DNA of 33,124 bases from Octopus bimaculoides (GCF_001194135.2 NC_068983.1:128081432-128114555); one strand, 5' to 3'; counted from the stretch's first letter, positions 1 to 11,670 are shown. Translations and numbers: made by a program. Notes: generated by a model from the sequence alone, not told the origin.

Positions 1-236
1 TATATATATAGATATATATATATATATATATATATGATTTTAAATGTATTTCTATATTTTAAGTAAATTTCTTTAAATTTGCTTCATTTAAATATTCTTA
101 GTGCATTCTCGTTTTCTTCTCTTTATACTTTTACTACTCCGTCAGGAGAAGTACTTGCAATATTTTAAAGTAAATCCTTTAGTTTCTCTCTGCCGCAAAG
201 GACACAAATCGAACGCCGTCACCACTCACTGTCTCT

Positions 237-276
<40 letters not shown>

Positions 277-311
277 CTCTCTTACTTCTTATCTAACCAC
301 CTCTCTCTCCT

Positions 312-790
312 GGCAGGTGGAGAAGGATTGTGCATGAGGGCACACCTACTTTTGGGAAATCAGGAATTGCACATGATAAATTAAGGATGGACGTCAGGAA
401 GGGCAATGTTGTTGCAATTCCAGATGACAAGAGTCTTCCTATGACACTGACATGCAGTGTCTGTGCAAGACCCTGCCTCAGTAAAGCTGGACTCATGAGT
501 ATTCTCCGTAGTCATAAAGCAAGACCGATGGTAATGATGCTACACACACCATACTAATCATGTCGGGCATGTGGAAGGGAGTGTGATTGAGCAGGAGGAC
601 TTAAACGACACGCAAAGGTACATGGAGCCCAATTACAACAACAGCCAGGTATTGCTAGTGAAGGTTTTGGATGCCAACTCCGTGCAAGAGATTGTAGATC
701 TTTGGCTGGGCTAAAAAGTCACATTCGATCACAACACCGTTAAGTTAAACTTCATGCGATGGCCATAGTCGATAACGAGTGAGCAGCCAT
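312..790 (+). mobile_element. 5'-truncated RTE-clade LINE 3' end (ORF2 C-terminus with three C2H2-like fingers, short 3' UTR, microsatellite tail); inactive
   Basis: One frame 315-743 reads RWRRIVHEGTPTF..RMDVRK..TCSVCARPCLSKAGLMSILRSH..*SCRACGRECD*AGGLKRHAKVH..GCQLRARDCRSLAGLKSHIRSQHR*. The WR..V.EG..F..R.K followed by CxxCxRxCxSxxGLxSHxRxH pattern is the RTE ORF2 C-terminus. Two internal stops (first at 555-557). A short 3' UTR runs into TATG/CA repeats. Confidence 0.8.
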
Positions 791-1190
791 TATGTATGCA
801 TACATACATACACACACACATATATATATNNNNNNNNNNNNNNNNNNNNNNNNNNNNNNNNNNNNNNNNNNNNNNNNNNNNNNNNNNNNNNNNNNNNNNN
901 NNNNNNNNNNNNNNNNNNNNNNNNNNNNNNNNNNNNNNNNNNNNNNNNNNNNNNNNNNNNNNNNNNNNNNNNNNNNNNNNNNNNNNNNNNNNNNNNNNNN
1001 NNNNNNNNNNNNNNNNNNNNNNNNNNNNNNNNNNNNNNNNNNNNNNNNNNNNNNNNNNNNNNNNNNNNNNNNNNNNNNNNNNNNNNNNNNNNNNNNNNNN
1101 NNNNNNNNNNNNNNNNNNNNNNNNNNNNNNNNNNNNNNNNNNNNNNCATATGTATATATATATAAGTATATATATATGCATACATATATA

Positions 1191-1231
<41 letters not shown>

Positions 1232-2204
1232 GCATACATATATATGTAGAGTGATGTTTGTGTTTTTTGTTATGATTCTGCCATCACCATTGTTTAAAAT
1301 GTACATCTTTACATTTATTTTTCGCAACTGATGTCAAAATTAGTGTTGGTGTGTGTGTGTGTGTGTGTGTGTGTGTCCGTGTGTGTGTGTGTGTGTGTGT
1401 GTGCATGTATGCGCACGCGTGGGTGGGTTTGCTTGCGTGTGCGCTAACGCATTTACCAGCCATCCTAAAGTGCAGTATAACCTAACTCGTATTTCCGGAA
1501 ATATCTTCTCTTCAGTACCGTATGCATTTTTATTCACTGCCTACTTCCCTTCTGATATCCCAGATTCTCTTCCTGTCTCCTGTTTCATTTCGTCTATCCA
1601 TTTTCCTATTTCTTATGTACCGTCCATGTCTTGTACTGAAATATATTATTTTCTATTTTTACTTTCCTCTCCGTAACCATTGCATCCTCATCTTATTTTA
1701 ATGCACATCTATATATGCCTACAATTGATTCTCTTTCACATTTGTTTTGTTTCATTTCAATAATGCCTTCACAACAAAACGTGCAGTAACAAATGCTCAG
1801 TTGGGTGCAACATGACAACTAAGTCTCTCACATCTATAACTAATGAATCTCTCACAGTTATGTACTAACCAAGTCTAATACTACAATCTGAAAATATGTT
1901 ATTTACTATTCGCTGCACTCGGTCAAATATGTTTTTGGTTGGCAATTTTTTTTTATTGTGTTAGCTGTGATTTTGTCCACACTCTACTTAGACTTGTGAA
2001 TATGACTCAATCGATATCTTGTTTCAAAAATTACACTCGAGCACTTGCCGGATATAGTGGCAAGAGAGAGTTGGGGATCTGCGGCATATACCAAGGTACA
2101 CAGTAAACGCTGTGAAGGTGTTAAACCGGATTTTGTGTTAGATCTACCGTACAAATTTTCACCTGCAGCCTATGCCTTCTCCGAGTTTTTGTTCTCCTCT
2201 TTTT

Positions 2205-2325
2205 CTACTTAATATTTTCGATCCACTGTTTATACTGCAAGCATCCCGATGATGCTTTCTCTTTGCAAAAATGTAATTTGCCAATTGTATTAGTTACTGT
2301 TGCACTCCATATGGCACAGAATATT
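2205..2325 (-). CDS. Candidate terminal coding exon of an unidentified minus-strand gene (G)IFCAIWSATVTNTIGKLHFCKEKASSGCLQYKQWIENIK*
   Basis: Acceptor aactttctctgtcacatag. Only the phase-2 frame stays open for about 40 codons, to TAG at 2207-2205, and this matches the end phase of the 3521-3545 exon. AATAAA on the minus strand at 1957-1952. No homology recognised. Confidence 0.45.
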
Positions 2326-2483
2326 CTATGTGACAGAGAAAGTTATTTTCGGTATTTAAATACGTTCTTTACGTTTTGACTTTAAATCCAGCCGAAGGCA
2401 ACTTTAATTTCCATCAATTTACTGTCAAAATTTTGGAACTCAGTATACTCGATTAATCTCGCCTTACTTCACTTGTGGAACCT

Positions 2484-2524
<41 letters not shown>

Positions 2525-2597
2525 NNNNNNNNNNNNNNNNNNNNNNNNNNNNNNNNNNNNNNNNNNNNNNNNNNNNNNNNNNNNNNNNNNNNNNNNN

Positions 2598-3085
2598 GAT
2601 ATTACACTATTTCCGACCACCAGCCGAGTATACGTGTGGAGACAGCCAACAGAAGCATTTCATCCAGATTGTCTTCTTCCAATCCTTAAACACGGAGGAG
2701 AATCTATGATGATCTAGTGGGGGGCTTGGGGCTATATCTTGGAAATCCGCCGGCCCAATGGTTTCCCTTCATGGCTGAATCAATAGTCAAGGCTATTTAA
2801 GCATATTATCTGATCAAATTTATCCTATGTTTGTGGAACTGTTTCCGGAGGGAATCGCGACATTTCAGGATAATAATGCACCAATTCACACAGCTAAAGT
2901 TGTTACTGAACGGCAAGAGGAACACTGTAGTGACGTTCAACATCTTATCTCACCACCACAGTCCACAGATCTCAATATTATTGAACATTTATGGTGCATC
3001 TTAGAAAAACAATTAAGGAGTCGATATCCGCCATTGTCATCACTACAAGAATTGGAGACTGTTTTAGCTGAAGAATGGACAAAAA
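2598..3085 (+). mobile_element. Tc1-type transposase pseudogene fragment (catalytic domain)
   Basis: TLFPTTSRVYVWRQPTEAFHPDCLLPILKHGGESMMI*, WGA/ISWKSAGPMVSLHG*INSQGYLSILSDQI, FQDNNAPIHTAKVV, PPQSTDLNIIEHLWCILEKQL..LQELETVLAEEW. Has stops and a small frameshifting duplication near 2720. The 5' end is lost at a gap, the 3' end is truncated, and no TIR is seen. Confidence 0.93.
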
Positions 3086-3520
3086 CGGAATATAAATAAT
3101 GTCCTATGCCTTAGTTTCTAACAATAAACAAGCATCTTTGCTACTAAGGAGTATATTTCTTTCTATTTCGTACGCTTGATTCGCTTTATTTTCGCGTCTC
3201 CGAACTTTCCTATAACATGGCCGAATTTGACAGTTACGGAATCCTGCAAGTGAGCACTTTGTGTGTCCACTTAGAAAGACACCTTTACATAGGCTCAGAG
3301 TGACCAAAGAATTGTGAGTGAAATTTTGTAAGCGCAATTTCATTATAAATACGGTAGCTGATATCTATATTTCAGTTGCACAGACTTGTTACACATTTTG
3401 CAGCATGTAAATTATGGCTAAATCATCATTACATTAAAACTGCATCTCACTGGTCAATAATCGCTGCTGACACGTTTATTCAATGGTCAGAAAATGCAAA
3501 TAATAGAACTGAATACTTAC

Positions 3521-3545
3521 CCTCGAAACAGTGTGTAGTCTATTT
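3521..3545 (-). CDS. Candidate 25-nt microexon (E)IDYTLFR(G)
   Basis: Minus strand: about 45 nt free of AG ending caatctag | AAATAGACTACACACTGTTTCGAGG | gtaagt (consensus donor). The phase 1->2 frame is open and fits both neighbouring candidate exons. Confidence 0.45.
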
Positions 3546-4683
3546 CTAGATTGATGAGGTATGTGTACAATGCAACGTAAAAAGATACGAGGGTAGATCT
3601 ATTGAGCAACGCGGAAACCTTTGCATCAGATCTGAATCTTTTAAAAGCATTCAAATACAAGTTAATGGTATTTAACGTATTTAACTGCTGTAAGCGTCGC
3701 CACTAACGTCAAGCAAAGACTAAGTATTTTTGCTAAAAGGGACTGTAGGTTGTGTCAGTCACAAAAGGCATCATCAACCCGATGGGATTTTGCAACAAAT
3801 CCGTCTACGCAATATCACTCAGTGTTATGGTTACGGCCAGACTACAGTAATAGTATATTTCCAAATTTATCGTGCAGCAGATTTGAGCCAATAAACACGT
3901 GATTGAGAGCTTCTTAATGTCGCAGCACTAGAGATGCTTATTGAAGGTATAGATATATTAATACACAAGAGAAACAAAATAAGTGGGCTGGCATTTCTCG
4001 ACAATAATCCCGTTTCATTCTCTCCTCTCTTCCTATCTAACGTGACTTCTTCGTCCAAAATATGATGAAGAAATTGCAAGAGTGAACTAAAGCACTCATC
4101 CGAGATATAACGGAATGTGTAACCTTATATATATGAGGCAAATTTTAATATTACTGTATTTTCGAACTTGTTATTTCAGTTTTGAAAATTAAATTCTAAT
4201 TCTTATGTTTTGATGCAAATATATTTTTTATTCATTTTTCCATAATATCCAAAATAGTATTTAGTATACAAAAACAAATCTTAAAAAATAAACAACTTTC
4301 CAAGAAGTTAATTCTTTTTCATCTATTGTTTTCTTTTTGCGATGTGTTGTATGTTTTGTAACTTTTGTTTTCTTTTTTTCTTCTCTCTATTATGAGTGGA
4401 AAGATTATTCAGATTAAGACATCTCTTTTGCATGAATTGTTACGACAAGTAGAATTTTTTTCAGCATAATGTCCATTTCTGAAATCAATCATTTGACTGT
4501 GATATTGAAGTAGTTCTGATTTTCTATTAGCTGCACAAATACAATGGAGAGAAGTGTGACATGTCTAAACATTGAATGCAATTTGTGCAACAATGGTTAT
4601 ATGAATGTATGGTGTAGCTTTGTGCGTGTGCTTGTTAGAGTATGCATGTGATTGTGTGTAAGTGTGTATGCGTGCGTGTATGT

Positions 4684-4716
<33 letters not shown>

Positions 4717-5739
4717 GGTGCGTGTGTGTTGTAAACGTGATTTAACTCTTGAGAGTAAAATATTCACTTTGCATATTATGGCAGTTGAATATCTCCGCGA
4801 GATTCAATGGCAATCTTATTCTCAGATCACTATTATTTCTATGTTGTTCCGTGTAATCATTGCCTCCGGCAGCGGGAAGAAGACTTTAGTAATGTGGAAA
4901 TATCCTGGTGTTAGCAATTTAGATCCATTAACTAGTTATCCTATTCACTACATCTGTGAATAGGTTTAAACGATTTGTTAACAAATATTTGATACAAACT
5001 ACTCTTGCTGTGACTGAGAGGGTGAATTCCTTAGGAATCCTTTGTTCTTTCCTATACTTCGTTCTTCTATCTCTTCACTGAAGTTGTGTGTTGTGCCTCT
5101 ACATCTCTGCAGTAAACTGATTTCCCCTTTCTTTGAAGTTGAAATATTACACTATATTAACCGATAGAAAGACATGGTAGTTAGCATGAGTTTTTCAATA
5201 ATAAAATGTAATAGGAAAGTACATAAAGGAGGGTACATATTTCCTTTCCATTCTTATTCAGCAAACTTCAGCAGCTCCTATTCTTGAATATAAATGATTC
5301 AATTGCATGACAGTTGTAATCAAGTTTCAGATGTAAGCTTGGGAAATGTTGTTTCACAGCCCCACGATTTTAATTCAAAACAATGGAAGAGCGGGAAAAG
5401 CATTTACGAATATTTAACCAAGCTCGGGTCTTGCTGCAGTTTCAGCTTTCAACCATTCAGTGTTTATGATTCAGAGGCTCCCTGGCTCGACCTGTCCAGT
5501 ATCTCGATTGTATGCATATGTGTCAGAAAATTCGCTGTCGAAAAACGTGTGTGGCATTCATTACTTGAAACTAAGAGAGTAGCTACATAGTGACTATGAA
5601 ATTATAATCTAGTGTAAGAATTCACTAATGAAGTATTTCTGTTAATTTAGACAGTATGTGATATCAGTGTTAGCGTCAAGACAAAGGACTGAAAAATCTT
5701 TATATAGTCGGACAAAGTGTATCAACGTGGTTAGTTACT

Positions 5740-5880
5740 GATCTTTACGCCTTGAGTTCAAATCCATCTAATGTCACCTGCACCTTTCATCCTTTCAAAG
5801 TGAATAAAATATAATACCAGTGAAGTACCGAAGCCGATATTTACCGACAACCCCGCTTCCAAATTTCAAGCATTTTTATT
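5740..5880 (+). mobile_element. Degraded tRNA-derived SINE (short family)
   Basis: ctttacgccttgagttcaaatcc (B-box-like) ..cctttcatcctttc..aataaaat..taccag matches the reverse complement of the copies at 15685-15853 and 20290-20482. Confidence 0.65.
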
Positions 5881-5924
5881 ATATCCGAAATTGATACAAA
5901 GACGCCACTAACAGTCCCTTCATC

Positions 5925-6050
5925 TCCACCAGCACTACCATAATTATTACCCATCATCTTCATTATTATGACCATCGTCATTATAAGCAATGTCACCGTC
6001 GTCACTATTGAATCACCTTATTGTCATCATGACCCCATCGGACCATCCAG
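5925..6050. repeat. Degenerate (ATC)n-like low-complexity tract
   Basis: Recurrent catcat/accatcgtcatt triplet periodicity. Confidence 0.6.
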
Positions 6051-6135
6051 CCATCGTGGGTTGCTAAACGGTGTCTATCTGCCTATTCAAAGTAACTGCC
6101 TATTCTCCAGCAAAACACATTGCTCTAGTGCTTAC

Positions 6136-6191
6136 CATTCGGTTTTGATTTTCTGGTATAGTGGAGATCAATACACATTGGCTGGCACACT
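6136..6191 (-). CDS. Candidate 56-nt internal exon (VCQPMCIDLHYTRKSKPN, or alternatively CASQCVLISTIPENQNRM)
   Basis: Very strong acceptor tttttctctttttttttctgtgtag and donor AATG|gtaagc. Two of three frames are open. The phase 2->1 frame joins the 3521-3545 exon as ..KPNE-IDY.. Confidence 0.6.
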
Positions 6192-7004
6192 CTACACAGA
6201 AAAAAAAAGAGAAAAACTGCTTTAAATCTAAAAGTTCAGAAGCAATTAATAGAGAACTAATACTTCCTTTATAATCATATTAGTGTATTGTATAAACAGA
6301 AAGCAACCAACTGCCAGTGGTGAGTTTATCTCGGTAAAATGCAGTACATTGTTTCTAATTATTTTTGGTGCGTGTGTAATCGTGTAAAAACATATACACC
6401 CCTCTTCGCCTCCAGATCTAGTGATACGGCCAGGACAAGTCAACTGGAAGGTGAAAATGAGTTGCATCAGCACCCAGTTGGTCCTCACTTATCGTTGGAT
6501 AGGCAGGAGTATCGTGAAATAAAATACCTTGCTCTATGGCACTAGGGGTTGACCTCTCGCTCCATAAGTTGACTGACTATAATGATCATCAATGAAACAC
6601 ATTGACCATTATGACATGCATTTAATTATATTTTACTTATGTATAACACGATTTTCAAAGTACTAAAACGTTATTATGGATTTTCGAAATGCTGAAATTA
6701 TAATTTTTAAGACCTGTGGCATACCCACATGCCAGCTATGAGACTTCAGAAGCAATGATTACGTGGAACAATATGAAAATAAAGTGATCTGAGAATAAGA
6801 TCGCCATTGAAACTCGCGAGGATATTCAGCTCTCACTTCAGTTTAAGAACTACTATGTTGCTGCCCTAAGAAAAGACGCAACGTATATTATTATACCGCA
6901 GACAGAAAGAAGAGATGGTCATGGCTGGAATGCATTTCATGAGAAGAGGTCTGCTAAATCGAGATAGACAAAGGGATAAAATGCCGCATCAGAAACATTA
7001 ATAA

Positions 7005-7245
7005 AACACATCACTATCATCAATATCAGAATTATCTTTCCCTCATCATCGTCATTATTACCTCCGTTTTAATCGATCGCAACCTTTATCATCAGTAGCA
7101 GTAGAAGCGGTAAACAAACAAGAGCAGCAATTACAACAGCATCATAATTATTATCATCACCGTCATCATCTTTATCATCATCGGCGTCGTCATCATCATC
7201 ATCATCATCATTATCATCATTTTCATCATTATCATCTTCGCTGTC
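7005..7245. repeat. Degenerate (ATC)n microsatellite
   Basis: Runs of catcatcat/tcattatcat. Confidence 0.85.
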
Positions 7246-7817
7246 GTATTTCTGTATCAGAAATCTATATTAATTACCATAAACATGTCACTGGCGATTC
7301 TATTTGAAATATAGTTTCCAACTAAAAGTCTAATGTGGTTTTCTTATATATCTTATTCAACAATTTTCATTTCTTAGATTAATACAGAATCAGTTTATTA
7401 ATTCTTGACACCTGCTTTCTCTGAATGAGATGACATATAATGACTGTTTATAGTTAAGTTGCTTTCTTCCTTCACTCGCACTCTACCACAGCCAAACAGG
7501 TTCGTATATGATACTGTTATGCTAACTGCTTGTCTCACATTAGGCAGATAGGTTATATCAAACGACATTTGCATCAATAATTGTCAAAAAGGGAGTCGCT
7601 GCTTGACTACTGAACCTGATGAAATTAGAGGTCAAATTTCCTTCAGATGAGCCAGTCGATGAATAAAAATTATGGGGGTTCATAGGGGCACTACAAGAAG
7701 CGCATCCTCCTCTCTCCATCTTTCCAAATCATCTCCGTCATTCTTGATGTTGAGCAAACCGCTCCTTTTTATGGTTTCTCCATAATTATTTTAAAGAAGC
7801 TATGAATAAAAATTACG

Positions 7818-8195
7818 AGGTACAACTGTGTAGTTAAGAAGTTTACTTCGCAACCATGTGGTTTTACATTCAGTTCCACCTTTCACCAGTATAGTCAGTT
7901 GCCTTCTACAATGGCTCCGGGGAGAAAGCCTTATGAATTAATTTGTTTGACAGAACGAGCGTGGAAGCTCGTCGCATATATATATATGTATACATATGTG
8001 TGTGTTAGTGCGCGCGGCTCTTTGTATTTGTTCCCTACCGTCTCGACCAATACTGGACAATTAGAGATGCTTCTGTTATACGTAACTTAGCATAGATTAA
8101 GTACTAAGACTTAATAAGTAAGCACACCTGTGGATTTTCTGGACTAAATCGTTCAAGGCGGTAACCCAGCATAACTGCAGCTCTGTAATTGTAAC
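7818..8195 (+). mobile_element. Degraded near-full-length tRNA-derived SINE (long family)
   Basis: Head ctgtgtagttaagaagtttacttcgcaaccatgtgg, central TA/TG tract, tail cgtaacttagc..gactaaa..aaggcggtaacccagcat. Colinear with 15905-16287. Confidence 0.75.
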
Positions 8196-8865
8196 ATATA
8201 ACAATAACAACATCAAAACAGGAAGGATGCCTTGAAACGTAAAATAATTGAGTTTTAATGTTATTCATAGCTAGAACACTTTCGTTCGAATTCAATTTAT
8301 CCAAAATAGATTAACCAAAGGTTAGCTGACCATCTCCAACAGTATATTAAATAGACCAGGTGAGAATATCTTCAAGAGGAGGAAGAGAATAATGGCGAAA
8401 TGGTGGGAGGTTACATGTTATTAGAAAGGGGGAAGATTGAACACTATCAGCTGCCGATTGCATTCGTTTGTCACGTTTTCGGCTACGAATTATTAAAATA
8501 TGCTGCTGGGTGCAGCGCGATTTTAAATCGATACAGGCAACGATCATTTTAAACTAATGAGCTAAGATTTTTGCCAATCCATCGTTTTTTACTTTTATAA
8601 TAAATGAGTCAGGAAAGGGTAGCTTTATCCAACGAGACCAAAAGACTGAATTATTAGAACATAATGTTGTGTCTTGCGGTTCTTTGCAGGCGTTGTTCAA
8701 ATTGTACTGAGGCCAAATTTGTCTTACATACGTTCATAGTTGATAAATAATATATCAGACCAGTCTTTTCAACTGACAGTGTGACAGAATAAACGTTTTA
8801 CATTATATGTCCTGGTTCTATATATTCTGTGTTCAAACTCCGCCTAACTGCTTGAATTGCATTGA

Positions 8866-8866
<1 letters not shown>

Positions 8867-8952
<86 letters not shown>
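8867..8952. repeat. (TG)n microsatellite; similar tracts at 1345-1402 and 4640-4730
   Basis: Direct inspection. Confidence 0.95.
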
Positions 8953-8954
<2 letters not shown>

Positions 8955-9651
8955 TGTGTTTACTTGAGTGTAAACATAAACACCATACTTCAGCACAGTT
9001 TTTACATATGAAACTTGCCAAGCAATGAACAAATATACAACAAGACACCAAGATTAATTCCAATTACATTACCAATTCACCTACTATTTATTACGAAATT
9101 AATGGAGGAAGAAGAATGTTGTTTGAAGCAATTTGAAAATACATTGAACGAATTAAAAAATACAGGGCTAAAGTTTTATTTCATTAACCGTCGCATGGAC
9201 GTCACTGGAAACGCATCTTGGTTCACGAAAGAATACGCAAGATAAACACTAAATGGCCAAGTTATTCCATTGAATCCATGTGAATCTATGCTAGTTTATG
9301 TTTGAAGATGTATAATATAACATATAAATATGAATGGCAGTTTTGGTGCTTTGGAAAATGAGTAACCAACGCTTATATTTTGATGGGATAGTACATATAT
9401 CAATTTCTGCTTACTATCATTTGTGACGGTCATTTATTTTTCTTTTCTAAATACTAAATAGGTTAATGACAATGTAACTGTTGATTAGTGCATCATTAAC
9501 CTTAAATGTGAGAACCTATGACCGAATACCTCTCAGCTTGAATCACATAATCATCTTGTCTATCTGAGTATATATATGTATATATATATATACGTGTGTG
9601 TGTGTTGTGTGTGTTTGTGTATTGATTGGTTCGGTGAAAAGACACTGTATG

Positions 9652-9713
9652 AAGATGCATAGCAGAATATTGTGGGTTGTATACACAACCCACAGTATTC
9701 GGCTATGCGTCTT
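9652..9713 (+). other. Near-perfect inverted repeat / hairpin (29-bp stem, 4-nt loop)
   Basis: 9652-9680 pairs with 9685-9713: 26 Watson-Crick pairs, 2 G-U, 1 A-G mismatch; loop ATAC. Imperfect extension to about 9639-9726. Confidence 0.9.
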
Positions 9714-9945
9714 ATATAACAGTCTTCGTATTCTTTGTAATTGTTTTGAATTTACACTTCCGAAAATATCCATAATCCAGTGAAGCGAACCTAGATTTAC
9801 CCACCAGAAGAATTACAGCGGGGTTGCTCACTCTAAGCGATCCTTAATGCTTCTAACTATTTGTGGTGGTTAGCCGTAGCCTGGTCTATATTTGGAAACT
9901 CTTACTGTACACGACGTTCGTCACTCTTTGTGACGTTGTTTAAGA

Positions 9946-10230
9946 CAGTGATTCCCAAAGTAGGCAGTACTACCTCCAACTCTGTGGGCGGCGGAAAGAT
10001 CAAGAGAAGCGTTGAAGAAAAGTGGAGGCAATAATAAGGTGACCAAAAGAGGGCGATGAATGTAATCACCCCACCCCTGAAAAAAATTATAGATTAATTA
10101 GGTTAAATTTATTTATAAAATATTCTTTCCAATTTGCTGCAGAAAGTGGTCTACGTTTGTGGTGCTCAGTGGCGGGGAGGGGAGGCGCTAGGATTGTGGC
10201 TCGAGTGTCAAGGGGGTAAATCAACTGACA
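9946..10230 (+). mobile_element. Probable non-autonomous hAT-like DNA transposon (MITE) relic
   Basis: Starts CAGTGATTCCCAAAGT, resembling hAT CAGTG(G/A)TTCCCAAA termini, with G-rich subterminal segments (gggcggcgg, gggaggcgctagga..caagggg). The 3' TIR is not recognisable. Assignment is from recalled family termini. Confidence 0.45.
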
Positions 10231-11574
10231 ATATAGCGTCTCTAACAATTCTTCTGTTCTACTATATTTGCTTCTCATACTTCTATTTTGATACATTTGA
10301 ATCTTACCAATTATCAATCAATGAAATTACGTGTATGAACGTCCCGTATTTCTCCACCAAATCATCCTAATTTTATTTAAGTTCTAACTTGGTAGTTAAG
10401 ATGCCAAATTGCCCGCCTAGGACAATTTGAAGCATAAGTCAAGTAGATGCTAACTGGCATGTTATCAGACGAGAAACGAACAAACATATTATCTACTCGA
10501 ACATTGCATGGGTACATTTATGAGAAAACATGATCAGTTTACAGAGCAATGTTTGTCGTTGTTGCTTTTATAGAAGCTTCAAATCACATTCGGATGTGTC
10601 AATTAAATGAACTTTGAGGAGCATGTTTGCGTTCACGTTGGTCATCAATGAAATCTGCCAATAAACGTTCGACATACACTGAAGCGTGACGGCAACACTG
10701 TTCAGGCATGTTTTAGTACTACTTTTTATTCCTTTTCGTTTCTTCTTTTCCTTTTTTTTTCGTTTCGTTTATTAGCTTTTCTGTGATAAAAATATCTTTG
10801 GAAACTGCTGACCATTGAAGTGTTGCCAGAGTTTGTGGAAATAATAATAAACTGCAGTAGTAGTAAGCCCAACAATGTTCGACATAACTATTCTGGGGTT
10901 TTAGATGATTTTATTGAAACAGTTGCCGGCATACCTCTGATACTATTGTGGATGTTGTTGTTGTCCTTGTATTTTTTTGTTCTTGTTGTGGAAGGTTTTT
11001 CATTGTTGATGATTTTACGGTTTATTGCTGTGTTTAATTTAGCTTTTTATTCTCAAGATTTTGAAAAAAAAAATTCTCGACACTGTTGCTGTTATTATTA
11101 GTTTCTTTTGAGTAGGCACAAGAGTATTATTTAGGAGAGAAGAAATGAGAAAATTTGAGATTCATACCTTTCCCAAGAGCATTAACTCGTGAGTAATTGA
11201 AGTGAAATTGCTTCAAGCAGCTGTTCAAAGTGCATCGTGTTAAAAGCATGCTTGTCGGCATTTTACATAATCCTTTACATCTCCCTCATCCACTGTTTCT
11301 ATCAACGTTCTAATTGAGTTAGAATGACAGGTATATTAATGAAACAGATTAAATACCTTACAGCATTGATTGCTGTTACTCTACACCCGGATTCCGATCC
11401 CACAAGAGTTGCCTTTCATCTTTACTGAGATTATTAAACTAAATACTAACATAACCACATCGACATATCAACAATCTCACCAAGTAAACGTCAAGTTCTC
11501 ATTTTACATTTTTACGTCTCTCCCCTCATTCTCTTCACTCTCCCTTTCTCCCTTTCTCATACTCTCTGTCCGTC

Positions 11575-11670
11575 TGTTTCTCTCTTTATTTCTCTCTCTC
11601 TCTCTCTGTATTCTCTCTCTCTCTCTTTCTCTCTCTGTATCTCTCTCTCTGTCTCTCCAGGTCTCTCATA
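11575..11670. repeat. Degenerate (CT)n tract; pure (CT)n also at 241-270 and 2487-2519
   Basis: Direct inspection. Confidence 0.9.

Noticed and set aside
8691-8795. Strong plus-strand acceptor ttctttgcag with downstream AATAAA
   Set aside because: All frames close within 20 codons and there is no partner exon.
9100-9300. EEEECCLKQFENTLNELKNTGLKF, faintly like a Gypsy RT segment; similar MEEREKHLRIF near 5380
   Set aside because: No YxDD or other RT motif nearby, so the resemblance is too weak.
11168-11309. Minus-strand segment with ctaac branch point, ttag acceptor and AAG|gtatga donor
   Set aside because: All three frames contain stops. It could only be a UTR or start exon, which is unsupported.
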